Shown: positions 1 to 12,411 of the stretch, one piece after another
Position numbering within the stretch: position 1 is the stretch's first letter
Layout of the letters: every line of letters starts with the position of its first letter
From: a virus
Length of the DNA: 64,000 nucleotides
Virus record (IMG/VR): IMGVR_UViG_2864926767_000001
Strand: one strand, 5' to 3'
Notes under the pieces: generated by a model
What the model saw: the letters and a program-made list of their open reading frames with translations, nothing else
The model's database searches: none
What the model was told of the DNA's origin: nothing
Translations under genes and position numbers: made by a program

Positions 1-24
1 AGCACCCGCCGGGCACCCCTGAGG

Positions 25-68
25 CTGTACCTCAAATCACGGCTAGATCACCGTGATTTGAGGTACAG
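25..68. repeat. Perfect 18-bp inverted repeat CTGTACCTCAAATCACGG-N8-CCGTGATTTGAGGTACAG (two copies of the dispersed 16-mer)
   Basis: Arms read directly at 25-42 and 51-68. Confidence 0.9.
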
Positions 69-85
69 ACTCCCCCCTCAAAACG

Positions 86-113
86 AAAACCGCCAGGCAA
101 GCCTGGCGGTTTC
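86..113 (-). terminator. Intrinsic terminator downstream of nrdA
   Basis: Hairpin AAACCGCCAGGC-AA-GCCTGGCGGTTT with T-run on the minus strand, 13 bp after the stop. Confidence 0.75.
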
Positions 114-125
114 CTTGCTGAGGCC

Positions 126-2783
<2,658 letters not shown>

Positions 2784-2900
2784 CCCTTTTGTGTAAGCGC
2801 TGCGACCATCGCAGGCGCCCTAAGCCCTGCCCGGAAATCCAGGCGAATCATCTCCGCAATATATCACTAAAGGAGTCTCGCTCAGCAACCGCTCAAACCC

Positions 2901-3566
2901 TCACTTAAGCCCACGCATTAGGAAGTGAAATGGCTTCCAGACGCCCACTTGAGCATCCTGTGCCCGCTTCTGCGCGGCTTGCAGCTCTGCAGCGCTTGCA
3001 TGGTCACCGAGGCCGGCGGGAGCGCCGGGAACGGCGAGGCCCTGCTCCAGCACAGTGACCCCAAGGCTCACACCGTTGTGGTCTACGAAGCTGCAGTACG
3101 GCACCACTCTGTTGCTGTACGCCCCATAGCAGGTGAACTGATACGTGTGCCCGGCCGCCATGGCATCGATCTTGGCTTCAGACTTACCTGCATAGTCATC
3201 ATTCATCAGGTCTTTGGAGGTGTCTTCGCCGAGCTGCGGAATCTCCAGGCCGGCAATCCGGATCTGGATGGCCAAGGGATTTTCGCGGTAATTGTTGCTG
3301 TGCGAGACGTCCAGGTACTGCTTTACGGCAGCCCTGCCTTGCGTATCTTCTGGGTATGGGAGCACCCAGTACACCAGGTTCCCGGCCGGCGCCAGTACGT
3401 CGCCTATGAAGACCAGGGGGTCTTTGAAGGGTTCAGGGTCACCCAAAGGCTCCACCCCAGCCCAAGCAGGTTGGGTGCCGGCGGCTACTGCAATCCCAAG
3501 GCATTTCAGGAGGGTTCTCAACTTCACAATAAGTACACCCTGCAAAATCTCTAGTGATATGCTCAA
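2901..3566 (-). CDS. Exported thermonuclease (SNase)-like protein, probably degenerate; true start likely about 3527
   Basis: Signal-peptide-like N-terminus; IRIAGLEIPQ, LEQGLA and AQKRAQDAQVGVWK match SNase motifs. Confidence 0.6.
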   Translation of the reverse strand: MSISLEILQGVLIVKLRTLLKCLGIAVAAGTQPAWAGVEPLGDPEPFKDPLVFIGDVLAPAGNLVYWVLPYPEDTQGRAAVKQYLDVSHSNNYRENPLAIQIRIAGLEIPQLGEDTSKDLMNDDYAGKSEAKIDAMAAGHTYQFTCYGAYSNRVVPYCSFVDHNGVSLGVTVLEQGLAVPGAPAGLGDHASAAELQAAQKRAQDAQVGVWKPFHFLMRGLK

Positions 3567-3579
3567 AGTTGTCTGACAG

Positions 3580-5961
3580 ATGATCTTAACAATGAATGAT
3601 ATTACTCCACCAACCCTTAGTGAAGTTACCGACTTCCCCGAGCTGACAGCCGGGCGAGTTGAGTGGGCTTTTGCTATTGATGTGGGGATTGTCGAAGGCT
3701 CTTATAGGATCAAACCTCTCCGAGAGATATATACGGATGATCTTCCATCTGTCTCTCTGTTCCACCCTTCCCTGGGCCGGGACGAATGGTTTTCCGCGTG
3801 CCTGGACGATGGCCTGCAGCCCCCGGAGCCCGGAAACTACCTGGCCCTGGTTGAGCCTGCGCCAGCTGGCTCCCCTGCAAGCATCCAGGTGAAAGGCGTC
3901 CTCCCACTGGTGACCTTTGGGATCAAGGCGTTTGCCTATCAGGCATGTAACTCTCCAAGATTCGCATTCCTTGAAAACCGTAGAATAGACGGATTGAATC
4001 GAATCCATGATGTTTATGATATCTACGGCGAGTTGACGTTTTCCGCAATTGTTGATGCTCCTGAAGTTGTGCAGAGAATTCTCAAGCTGCCCGACTGGAA
4101 GATGCGGCGTCTGATTAAAGAAGCAACTATCTTGCGCGAGGGGTGGCAGTATATTCGCGTGATGATGCTGAACGGTCTGGACTTTAACGAAGCCGAGCGC
4201 TACGTCGATTTTTGCCGGGGCCAAAACGGCGGATTCAGCAACAGTGCCCCCTTCGACTACACCCGGCGTGCGAAGCTCAAGGCTGGTGTGGAGCGGCAGG
4301 TGTTTCATGCGGCTGGGGTTTTTGATCGTGCCTATGCAGATCCCGCCGGAACTGTCTCGGACTATCTGGATGCGCTCCTCGGCAAACGAGGGCACGCTGC
4401 AGAGTCCTTTGCTTACTGCATCGAGATGGCGTCGACTGCTCTAGACCTCCAGCCTGAGTGGGTTGAAGAGTGCATTCTTGAGCACATTGCCGAAGGCCGC
4501 GCCGATCAGCGCCGGCTTTACGGCGAAGACACCGTATCCCTGGGCAAACTGTACGATGTTGATCGACTGATGGCAGAGACCATCGTCAGGCGCTTCGATG
4601 ACATCACCTATGACATCCCCTTCGAGATGATCGACAACAAGGTTGTGGTCGAAGGGGAGACTCGCGAGCTCGGTGACGAGCAGATGGCTGCGGTCTACCT
4701 GGCACTCACCCAGAAGACCTCGATCCTGACTGGGGGCCCCGGCACCGGAAAAACCACGACTGTTGCTGCGATCACCCAGATGATCAGGCGGATTGCCCCA
4801 AAGGGCCGCATCCTCATGGCTGCACCCACCGGCAAAGCCGCCAAGCGCATGCAGGACTCCACCGGGATCAAGTGCTATACGCTGCACCGCCTGATGGGGC
4901 TATCCCCAAACTCGTCCTCGATGATGAACACCTTCGGCCCCGACGACATCCTGATCATGGATGAACTGGGGATGATGGACTTGCCCCTGGCCGCACGCTG
5001 CCTGCACCACTGCCGAGATCGCGGGCGTGTTCTGCTCGTCGGCGACTTCGATCAGCTGGAGTCCATCGAAGCCGGCTCAGTGCTCAAGGACTTGCTGGAT
5101 TCCCGGTACATTCCTGCGGTCAGGCTTACCACGCCCCACCGCTTTGCCCAGGAAAGCGCAATCATCCAGGGTGTCTACAGCATCCTGAACGGCTACATGC
5201 CCAAGTTCGACAGGCCGAACAGCGACCTGCACTTGGTCGAAACCAAGTCCACCCAGGATATCCAATACCAGGTTGGCCAGATCGTTAAGCATGAGATCGA
5301 GGTGCGAGGCACCGACCCGCGAGACATTCAGATCATCTCCGCGAACCGGTATTCCGATGCAGGGGTGACCTCGCTCAACCAGTACATCAAGTCGTTCTTC
5401 AACCCCACTGCAGGGGAAAACGGCGTTAAGCTCGGGCGCATCCAGTACGACATTGGCGACCGAATCACTTTCCAGACCAACCGGTACGACCTCGATCTGC
5501 AAAACGGGGACGTAGGTGTCATCGTTAACTTTGATGAGGCCAACCGCACCGTAGAAATCGACTTCGGCGACCGGCTGCTTAACCTCTCCTTCGACCTTTA
5601 CCGCGACCTGCTGCACTCCTGGGTAGCTACATGCCACAAGATGCAGGGGTCAGAGGCGCAGGTGGTGATCATCGTGCTCCCTAAGGAGCATGAACACCAG
5701 CTGACCCGCCGTTGGCTGTTCACCGCGCTTTCTCGCGCCAAGCGTGACGGCTATGTCGTGGGGTCGAGGCAGACCCTCTACAAGGCGATCCAGAACGTCA
5801 AAGAGCACGACAGGAAGAACCACCTGGCATTCCTCATTGCCGAGGGAATTGCTAGTAAAATCAACAACAAACTCTTCCAGGCCCTCGGCAATAGTGGTAA
5901 TAATCTGGGATTGAATCTCCTCAGGGGCGCCGATAAGGAATCGACAGTCGCACCCGGCTGA
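3580..5961 (+). CDS. recD2: RecD2-like SF1B helicase
   Basis: LTGGPGTGKTT, AAPTGKAAKR, TLHRL, VGDFDQL, TCHKMQGSE, LFTALSRAK. Confidence 0.9.
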   Translation: MILTMNDITPPTLSEVTDFPELTAGRVEWAFAIDVGIVEGSYRIKPLREIYTDDLPSVSLFHPSLGRDEWFSACLDDGLQPPEPGNYLALVEPAPAGSPASIQVKGVLPLVTFGIKAFAYQACNSPRFAFLENRRIDGLNRIHDVYDIYGELTFSAIVDAPEVVQRILKLPDWKMRRLIKEATILREGWQYIRVMMLNGLDFNEAERYVDFCRGQNGGFSNSAPFDYTRRAKLKAGVERQVFHAAGVFDRAYADPAGTVSDYLDALLGKRGHAAESFAYCIEMASTALDLQPEWVEECILEHIAEGRADQRRLYGEDTVSLGKLYDVDRLMAETIVRRFDDITYDIPFEMIDNKVVVEGETRELGDEQMAAVYLALTQKTSILTGGPGTGKTTTVAAITQMIRRIAPKGRILMAAPTGKAAKRMQDSTGIKCYTLHRLMGLSPNSSSMMNTFGPDDILIMDELGMMDLPLAARCLHHCRDRGRVLLVGDFDQLESIEAGSVLKDLLDSRYIPAVRLTTPHRFAQESAIIQGVYSILNGYMPKFDRPNSDLHLVETKSTQDIQYQVGQIVKHEIEVRGTDPRDIQIISANRYSDAGVTSLNQYIKSFFNPTAGENGVKLGRIQYDIGDRITFQTNRYDLDLQNGDVGVIVNFDEANRTVEIDFGDRLLNLSFDLYRDLLHSWVATCHKMQGSEAQVVIIVLPKEHEHQLTRRWLFTALSRAKRDGYVVGSRQTLYKAIQNVKEHDRKNHLAFLIAEGIASKINNKLFQALGNSGNNLGLNLLRGADKESTVAPG

Positions 5962-5965
5962 CGAC

Positions 5966-6448
5966 ATGGCGCACAGGGAAGAACTCTACCTGGTCTGGCT
6001 ATTCCTAGCCGGCCTCCCCCTCATCTACGTCCTGGACTTTGTCTTCAAATGCCTGTTCGGCACCAGAAGGCGGAGGAAGTACCGTCGTGTCCGCAGGAAA
6101 GGCATCTCCGCTCTCAAATCGATGAGCTGGCAGGACTTCGAGCACTACTGCGCTGAGTACTTCCTGGAGCAGGGCTACAAGGTCAAAATGATGGGTCTGG
6201 GCGGCGCCGATGGCGGGATGGATCTGCTGCTCAAGAAAGGCGGCAAGACTACGCTAGTGCAGTGCAAGCACTGGAAGTCGAAGGTCGGGGTGATGACCGT
6301 TCGCGAGATGTACGGGGTGATGTACGCCCATCAGTTTGATGCAGTGGCTATCGTGGCACTGACGGGCTTCACCAAAGACGCTCGATCCTGGGTCGGCAAC
6401 AAGCCCATCAAGCTCATTGCCGGCCAGGATATCGTTGATAAGCGTTAG
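5966..6448 (+). CDS. Mrr-catalytic-domain endonuclease with N-terminal TM helix
   Basis: FEHYCAEYF..GY.V, GADGGMDL, LVQCKHW, GFTKDA; hydrophobic N-terminus followed by a basic patch. Confidence 0.8.
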   Translation: MAHREELYLVWLFLAGLPLIYVLDFVFKCLFGTRRRRKYRRVRRKGISALKSMSWQDFEHYCAEYFLEQGYKVKMMGLGGADGGMDLLLKKGGKTTLVQCKHWKSKVGVMTVREMYGVMYAHQFDAVAIVALTGFTKDARSWVGNKPIKLIAGQDIVDKR

Positions 6449-7851
6449 CCGAAGGTTGCCCAGGCGCCGATGGCTGCGGCGATCACTGACAGGCCGGACA
6501 TGACGGCCAGCGCTACCTTCATCTGCGCCTGGTAACGGGTCTCGCTCACCAGATCACCCTGTAGACGCTCCACATCCTGCTTCAGGTTCTTGATGGCGGT
6601 CTCCATCTGGCCCTTCAGCTCTTTGTAGCGGCCGGCAGACATGCTGATCTTCATCTGCATCTCTTTGGTCAGGTGAGCATGCTCAGCAACCTGGCCACGC
6701 AGCTCCAGAGCTTCAGCATGGTAGGCCTCGGACGCTGCCTTCGCGATGTTCAGTCGCTCCTGCAGCACAACGAAGTCGCTGGCGTTGAGGCGCTTCTCCA
6801 TCAGTTCGGCGACCTTGGCTTCCATCGAGGCCATTTCTCGGCGGCTGTTGTCGAGTTGCGACTCCAGGTGCGTATTGGCCTCGCGCAGCTCCTGCTCGGT
6901 CATCTTAGATCGATCCAGCTGCAGGTTCAGCACGCCGATCTGGTCGCGCAGGCTCTGCTCTACCGTTTGAAGACTGACAACACGGGCTTCGGCGTCCTTG
7001 AGCTTGGTGGCGTCGACCAGCTCGCCACTGGCGATCCTGCCCTTGAGGGCTTCCACCTCAGCTCTGGCCAAGGCTGTTTCACCCTTGGCGCTCTCGACCT
7101 GGCGCAGCAATTCTACGCGCACCGCCGCTACAGCATTGGCGATGCTGGCGTCCTGCTCGGCCCGTACAGCCTGGATCTTGCGGCTGGTTTCGCTCTCTTG
7201 GCTCTCCATGCGCAGCGCCATCTCGTGCGTCATGGTCTGGATGCGGTTGGTGCACTCATCTCGCACCTGCTTGAGCTCAGTGCCCAACGTGACCACCTTC
7301 TGGGTCTCGTCGGCCAGCTCACGCATCAGGCCGCGAACACGCGCATCACTTTCGGCGCGGCTGGCGGCATGCTCACGATCCTGCTCGCTGATGCGTCCTT
7401 TTAGGATCTTTTGCACGGTCATGTTGAATTCAGCGGCCGTCTCCGGCAGGCGGCCCAACACGGATGCACAATCGGCAACCTGGTTGTTGATCTCCTGATA
7501 GGTCAGGTTGGACGGGAGCTGGTAGCGCGTAAAGGCGACCTGTGCAGACGCCTTTTCGAGGAAATTGTTCCAGTCCATGCCCAGGCCACCGTCGGCTTCA
7601 GGCATAGTCACCAGGGCCTGGATGGTCTTGTGGCCGGCGGAGGCGGCGATGCTGCCTTCCTTGGTGGTAGCGCCTTCGGCGAGGATCGACTGAGTGGGAG
7701 CGAGGTCGCAAAGCTTGAGCACTTGCGTGACCTGCATGTCCCACGACATCATCTTGAGCATGTTCTGCGCGGCGACGATCTCGCTGCGCACCGAGGCGCT
7801 CTGACGGTGGTCGGCAATTTGGATAACCGTGTTTTCAGCAGCTTCTGGCAT
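6445..7851 (-). CDS. Long coiled-coil protein with C-terminal membrane anchor
   Basis: About 280 aa heptad-rich E/Q/K/L/A region; ends VALAVMSGLSVIAAAIGAWATFG. Confidence 0.75.
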   Translation of the reverse strand: MPEAAENTVIQIADHRQSASVRSEIVAAQNMLKMMSWDMQVTQVLKLCDLAPTQSILAEGATTKEGSIAASAGHKTIQALVTMPEADGGLGMDWNNFLEKASAQVAFTRYQLPSNLTYQEINNQVADCASVLGRLPETAAEFNMTVQKILKGRISEQDREHAASRAESDARVRGLMRELADETQKVVTLGTELKQVRDECTNRIQTMTHEMALRMESQESETSRKIQAVRAEQDASIANAVAAVRVELLRQVESAKGETALARAEVEALKGRIASGELVDATKLKDAEARVVSLQTVEQSLRDQIGVLNLQLDRSKMTEQELREANTHLESQLDNSRREMASMEAKVAELMEKRLNASDFVVLQERLNIAKAASEAYHAEALELRGQVAEHAHLTKEMQMKISMSAGRYKELKGQMETAIKNLKQDVERLQGDLVSETRYQAQMKVALAVMSGLSVIAAAIGAWATFG

Positions 7852-7922
7852 GTCGTGGACTCTCTCGGAAGTTCCGGGATTCTCTATTTGGATTTGCCAT
7901 TCTAGTCAATAAAGGCAATAAA

Positions 7923-10028
7923 GTGATAGATCCCAAAGACGGACTTCGGATAACTCTCAAGAAATACTTTGGCTTTGACGAATTGCGGCCAGGCCAAGTG
8001 CCCATCGTCGACTCGGTGCTCAACGGTCGCGATATCCTGGCGATCTTGAAGACATCTGGGGGCAAAAGCCTCTGCTACCAGTTGCCGGCGATTCATCTTG
8101 GCGGAACCACGATTGTTATCAGTCCGCTCATTTCTTTGATGAAAGACCAAGTTGAAGCCCTCGATAAAAAGGGGATTTCAGCAACATTTGCCAACTCGTC
8201 AATTCCTGCCGGAGAAATGAGACTTCGGTATGAGGGACTTTCCAAAGGGAAGTACACCCTCTTTTACATTTCCCCAGAGCGGATGAAAGACCCAGAGTTC
8301 CTCGGGGCTCTGATCCGGTCACCTGTTCGCGTCTTCGCAGTGGACGAAGCTCACTGCGCCTCCCAATGGGGTCACAACTTCCGCCCTGCCTATGCCAAGG
8401 TCGGTGAGTACCTGGACGAGATCGAGGACTACCTGCAGCGTCCGATCCAGCGCCTGGCGTTCACGGCGACCGCCAACAGCAAGGTGCAGGAAGACATCGT
8501 GCGAATGCTGCGCCTCAAGGCCCCTGAGGTGCACATCCAGGACTTCGACCGGGACAACATCACCTATTCGGTCATCCCTTGCGCCAACACCAACCGCTCG
8601 GACGATGTCTTGCGATTGGTAATGGAACACCCCGAAGACTGCATCATCGTCTACTGCGTGACGGTCAAAGAGGTGGAGAAGGTCTGCCACTACCTGCAGG
8701 ATTTCGGGGTTCAAGCGAACCGTTACCACGGAAAGCTCCCCACCGACGAAAAGAACCAGATCCAGGAAGACTTCCTCAACGACAAGATTCGCGTCCTGGT
8801 GGCCACCAGCGCCTTTGGAATGGGTGTCGACAAACCCAACGTGCGCTTGGTAATTCACCCCCAGATGCCGGGCTCAGTCGAGGCGTACTCCCAGGAGTCG
8901 GGCCGCGCTGGACGTGATGGACTGCCGGCGAAAGCCATCCTGCTCTATCACCCGAATGACCGATCCATCCACGCTTACTTCATCGGGGTGACCAACCCCA
9001 ATGGCGCCAAGATCGAGCCCATCAAGCGGGTTATTGGAAAGATCCTGGTGAATGGGCCCGCGCCACTGAGCTTCAAGCACATCAGCCTGCAGGCCAGCCG
9101 GCAGCAGTCGATCATCAACTCCGTCCTGGAGGGCCTCAACAGCTCCCAGAGCGACATCAAGATGGTCGACGTCCAGGCCACCGTTGGCATGCTTGTGAAC
9201 CAGGGTGAACTGGAGGTCTTCGAGGGGGTGTACACCCTCGCCAATTGGCAGGATGACTCCGACTACTACTGGATCGAGGAAGTACGCAAGAACGACTGGA
9301 GCAAGCTCAGTGCCATGTGCAACTGGTGCGAGACTAACCTCTGCCGGCGCTGGACGATGCTCCGCTACTTCGACGAGCGTAAACCCATCTACCGCTGTGG
9401 CATGTGTGACAACTGCCAGCGGGAATCACTCTCTCAGCTCGCAATAGGGCCGCTAGAGAAGACGGTACGCACCAGCACCCTGATCAACCTCGCAAAGAAC
9501 CTGCAGCCTCTGGTGGGCGCTGAGGGCAGCCGCTGGCTGCACGTATTGCTGGGGACACTCTCTCCCGACGAGCTCACGCCAGGAGAGCAGGAAGTGTTCG
9601 GACGATTCGCCTGGAACGCTGTCTCAGACATTCGCCGTTGGCGGGACATGCTGGTCGAGCGGGAGATCCTCACCCAGGACAACGCCCTCACCGAGCAAGG
9701 GCACCTCTGGATTGACGGCAAACTGGTGATCGAGCCACGTTCTGTACCTCAGATCACGGTTGAAACAGGCCGCATCGTTTCAATCCAGGAGGTTGAGCAA
9801 CGCATGAAGGTGCTCAAGGCCTGGCGTAAAGCAACCGCTTACCGCGAAGACTGCGCCGAGATCCAGATTTGCTCCGAAGCCCAGCTCAAGAAGATCGTCG
9901 TTCTGGACGATGTTACGGAGTCCAGCCTGACCGGCGCCGGGTTTAACCCTTCTTGGCTCCGAAAGTATGCTGGAGGGGTGACCTTAGCCATCAGCAAAAT
10001 TCCGAAGGCCGAAGATGTATCAGCGTAA
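7923..10028 (+). CDS. recQ: RecQ family helicase
   Basis: SGGKSLCYQLP, DEAHC, TATA, AFGMGVDK, QESGRAGRDG, Zn motif CRR..CGMCDNC, HRDC-like tail. Confidence 0.93.
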   Translation: MIDPKDGLRITLKKYFGFDELRPGQVPIVDSVLNGRDILAILKTSGGKSLCYQLPAIHLGGTTIVISPLISLMKDQVEALDKKGISATFANSSIPAGEMRLRYEGLSKGKYTLFYISPERMKDPEFLGALIRSPVRVFAVDEAHCASQWGHNFRPAYAKVGEYLDEIEDYLQRPIQRLAFTATANSKVQEDIVRMLRLKAPEVHIQDFDRDNITYSVIPCANTNRSDDVLRLVMEHPEDCIIVYCVTVKEVEKVCHYLQDFGVQANRYHGKLPTDEKNQIQEDFLNDKIRVLVATSAFGMGVDKPNVRLVIHPQMPGSVEAYSQESGRAGRDGLPAKAILLYHPNDRSIHAYFIGVTNPNGAKIEPIKRVIGKILVNGPAPLSFKHISLQASRQQSIINSVLEGLNSSQSDIKMVDVQATVGMLVNQGELEVFEGVYTLANWQDDSDYYWIEEVRKNDWSKLSAMCNWCETNLCRRWTMLRYFDERKPIYRCGMCDNCQRESLSQLAIGPLEKTVRTSTLINLAKNLQPLVGAEGSRWLHVLLGTLSPDELTPGEQEVFGRFAWNAVSDIRRWRDMLVEREILTQDNALTEQGHLWIDGKLVIEPRSVPQITVETGRIVSIQEVEQRMKVLKAWRKATAYREDCAEIQICSEAQLKKIVVLDDVTESSLTGAGFNPSWLRKYAGGVTLAISKIPKAEDVSA

Positions 10029-10737
10029 GTTCGCAACCATGGTTGGCTCCCGCGAGACCCCTAATACGCCGGACTATCCCATCGGCACTCTTCTAGGGCG
10101 CGCGGCCCATAAGCTTTTGTACGAGCGTGGCTATGACCTAGGTAGTGGGGGCGCCCCTGGGGCTGACATGGAGGCTCAAAAGGCCCTTGGGGATGACGAT
10201 GCTATCCGTCAACTCATTGAGGATCATCGATTCGATCTGATACTCCCGTACAAAGGGTTCAACGGGAACAAGCATGGCCTGCTAGTTACCGATCCGCTCA
10301 TCCGAAACCGTTGTCGCCAGATCCTCATCGAGCAGGTTTACTCAAGGCTCGGGTCAGTCCCTCGGTTCATCTCGCTGAGCGATTCGCAGATTGGCGACGG
10401 CCCCGGTCAGGTGAAGCTAACCGGCAAGGAATCTTTCACACGAGAGGCATTCATCCGCAACGTGTGCCAGGTTCTCCGACGCGATCTGGAAGGGATGACT
10501 GACTTCGTTATCTGCTGGACACCTGACGGCTGTATCGACTTCTCCGGGTACAAGCAAGGGGTAACTGGCGGCACCGGTATCGCCATCCTGCTCGCGGCCA
10601 GCTACAACCGCCCCGTATTCAACTTGGAACGCGATGACCACCGTAGGCGTATCTGCGACTTCGTCGGGATGGATTACTTCGAGCGGCCGAAAGCTGCCCC
10701 AGAGCCTGGGGACACTCAGATCGGACTCGGATTCTAG
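10015..10737 (+). CDS. Phage-type DprA/Smf-like (SLOG fold) protein
   Basis: VGSRETP, SGGAPGAD, RNVCQVL, FVICWTPDG, GGTGIAI, PVFNL. Confidence 0.7.
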   Translation: MYQRKFATMVGSRETPNTPDYPIGTLLGRAAHKLLYERGYDLGSGGAPGADMEAQKALGDDDAIRQLIEDHRFDLILPYKGFNGNKHGLLVTDPLIRNRCRQILIEQVYSRLGSVPRFISLSDSQIGDGPGQVKLTGKESFTREAFIRNVCQVLRRDLEGMTDFVICWTPDGCIDFSGYKQGVTGGTGIAILLAASYNRPVFNLERDDHRRRICDFVGMDYFERPKAAPEPGDTQIGLGF

Positions 10738-11126
10738 GCTGCCGGGGACAGGCCTCTGCCGGCTTCCACAGAGGCCATACGCACCCCGCCCTCTTCGCTC
10801 ACCAGGCGCACTGGAAACTCCACGGAGATCGCGTCCAGGCCCTGCAGCTTCCACACGTCTCCGGCCTGATCCACGACCCTCTCACCAGGGATTACTTCAT
10901 GCGGAAGGTTCAGCGCATCTCGATTGGCAAACCACTGCTGAGCCCAGATGCTTTCCTGATCAGATGCGTAGAGGGAGATGCGCAGGTGCAACGCGCCCCC
11001 TGCAATCGCGCCTGTGACGTCGCCGTGCTTCAGCCCTAGCTCACTGACCAATCGCTCGATCTCTGCAGGAATTCGCCTTGCAGCGTCCTGGAGAGCCTTC
11101 TGTGCGCCCTCTTCCAACTCAATCAT
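10734..11126 (-). CDS. Hypothetical protein
   Basis: ATG at 11126 overlaps the stop of the upstream gene (ATGATTGA coupling). Confidence 0.55.
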   Translation of the reverse strand: MIELEEGAQKALQDAARRIPAEIERLVSELGLKHGDVTGAIAGGALHLRISLYASDQESIWAQQWFANRDALNLPHEVIPGERVVDQAGDVWKLQGLDAISVEFPVRLVSEEGGVRMASVEAGRGLSPAA

Positions 11127-11832
11127 GAACTCGCCCTGTCTCGACGCGATCCGTATAGGCCCCGTCTGGGCCGACGAAATCAACGAGCCTGGCCTTCCAG
11201 TAGGCACTTTGCGCATACGGGGGCAGACACTGGCTGAACGGTAGGCCGGTGGTTTCACGTAGCCGGACACGCTGAGTGCTGCTGAGCTCGTAGTAGTACG
11301 AGGAAGGCCCCTTGCCCATCTTGCATACCAGGATGGGCTTTCCATCCGGGCCGGCCGGGGGCAGACCCTTCAGCATCCGTGCGGATGAGGTGTGGACGTC
11401 AGAATTCGCCGGCAGGCCGGCAACGACCACATACCCGTTGTTCATGATCGCCTTGGGGAGGCTGTAACTGGCAGCAACAGGTCGGTCGAGGTTGAACAGA
11501 CCATCCTGGGGAACTACCGCACCATTGATGGCGCTCCGGGCGAACTGAGGCTGGAAAACGATGTAGTGATCAGCCATTTCGATAAGATTCGTCCCTGCCC
11601 TTGCCCAGGCCTGGAGATCATTACCGGCTGATTCTTTGTTACTCCACTCGGAGAACACCGAAGGGGAAGCCCCCACGTTGGGGTCGAGCCTTTTCTGCAA
11701 AATTGCAAGAGAGCTCCTGTCGGTTGGCCTGGCGACGAACTCCTCCAGGGCAGACTTGAATACGGGGTTGGCAACCGCCGATGTCGAGATCGAAACCAAG
11801 ATGAGCGCCAGCACGCTCAGAGGCTTTCTCAC
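11119..11832 (-). CDS. Hypothetical exported protein
   Basis: Sec signal MRKPLSVLALILVSISTSAVA; coupled to both neighbours. Confidence 0.7.
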   Translation of the reverse strand: MRKPLSVLALILVSISTSAVANPVFKSALEEFVARPTDRSSLAILQKRLDPNVGASPSVFSEWSNKESAGNDLQAWARAGTNLIEMADHYIVFQPQFARSAINGAVVPQDGLFNLDRPVAASYSLPKAIMNNGYVVVAGLPANSDVHTSSARMLKGLPPAGPDGKPILVCKMGKGPSSYYYELSSTQRVRLRETTGLPFSQCLPPYAQSAYWKARLVDFVGPDGAYTDRVETGRVHD

Positions 11833-12302
11833 TTCTTCTTCGCCTCCTGCTGCTGCTCGTCAATGTCCACCTGGCTCGTAACCCGGTGAAGACTGCGATA
11901 CAGGCGCATCATATTGTCGAATATGATCTTCTCCTGGATCACGTAGATCTTCTTCCCGTCATCAACCGCAACGCTGTGCTTTCCGATGATGATGACTTCC
12001 TGAATGTCCTTGAGCTTGATGGCTTCGTTGAAGCTACGCACAGGAAGGTCAGGGAAGCTGCTGGAGAGATGTGTTGCGGCCGGCAAGCGCGCTAGCGCCG
12101 AGCTCTTGCCGAGGCGAGCCTTGGTCTTGCCCGGTAGCCAAGACAGGTAGGCTTGGAACAGATGGCCGCCAGCCGGCCCTACCCCCAGGTAGTGCACGTC
12201 ACCGCGCGATTCATCAACCTCGATGAATGCCATCTTGATCTTGTTTAGGCTTGTCTCAATGTCCTCATAGACCAGGCCTTCAACTTCCATCGGAAGTGTC
12301 AT
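11829..12302 (-). CDS. Hypothetical protein
   Basis: ORF with plausible ATG at 12302; stop overlaps the next start. Confidence 0.6.
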   Translation of the reverse strand: MTLPMEVEGLVYEDIETSLNKIKMAFIEVDESRGDVHYLGVGPAGGHLFQAYLSWLPGKTKARLGKSSALARLPAATHLSSSFPDLPVRSFNEAIKLKDIQEVIIIGKHSVAVDDGKKIYVIQEKIIFDNMMRLYRSLHRVTSQVDIDEQQQEAKKK

Positions 12303-12411
12303 TGGAATTCTCCGAACGGCCCGGCAACTAAAAAGCCAAGCGTGAACTAATGCGATCTTAAACAACAAACCGCAAAAGTTCTACACTTGGCCTTTTGTAC
12401 GAAATTGGAGA

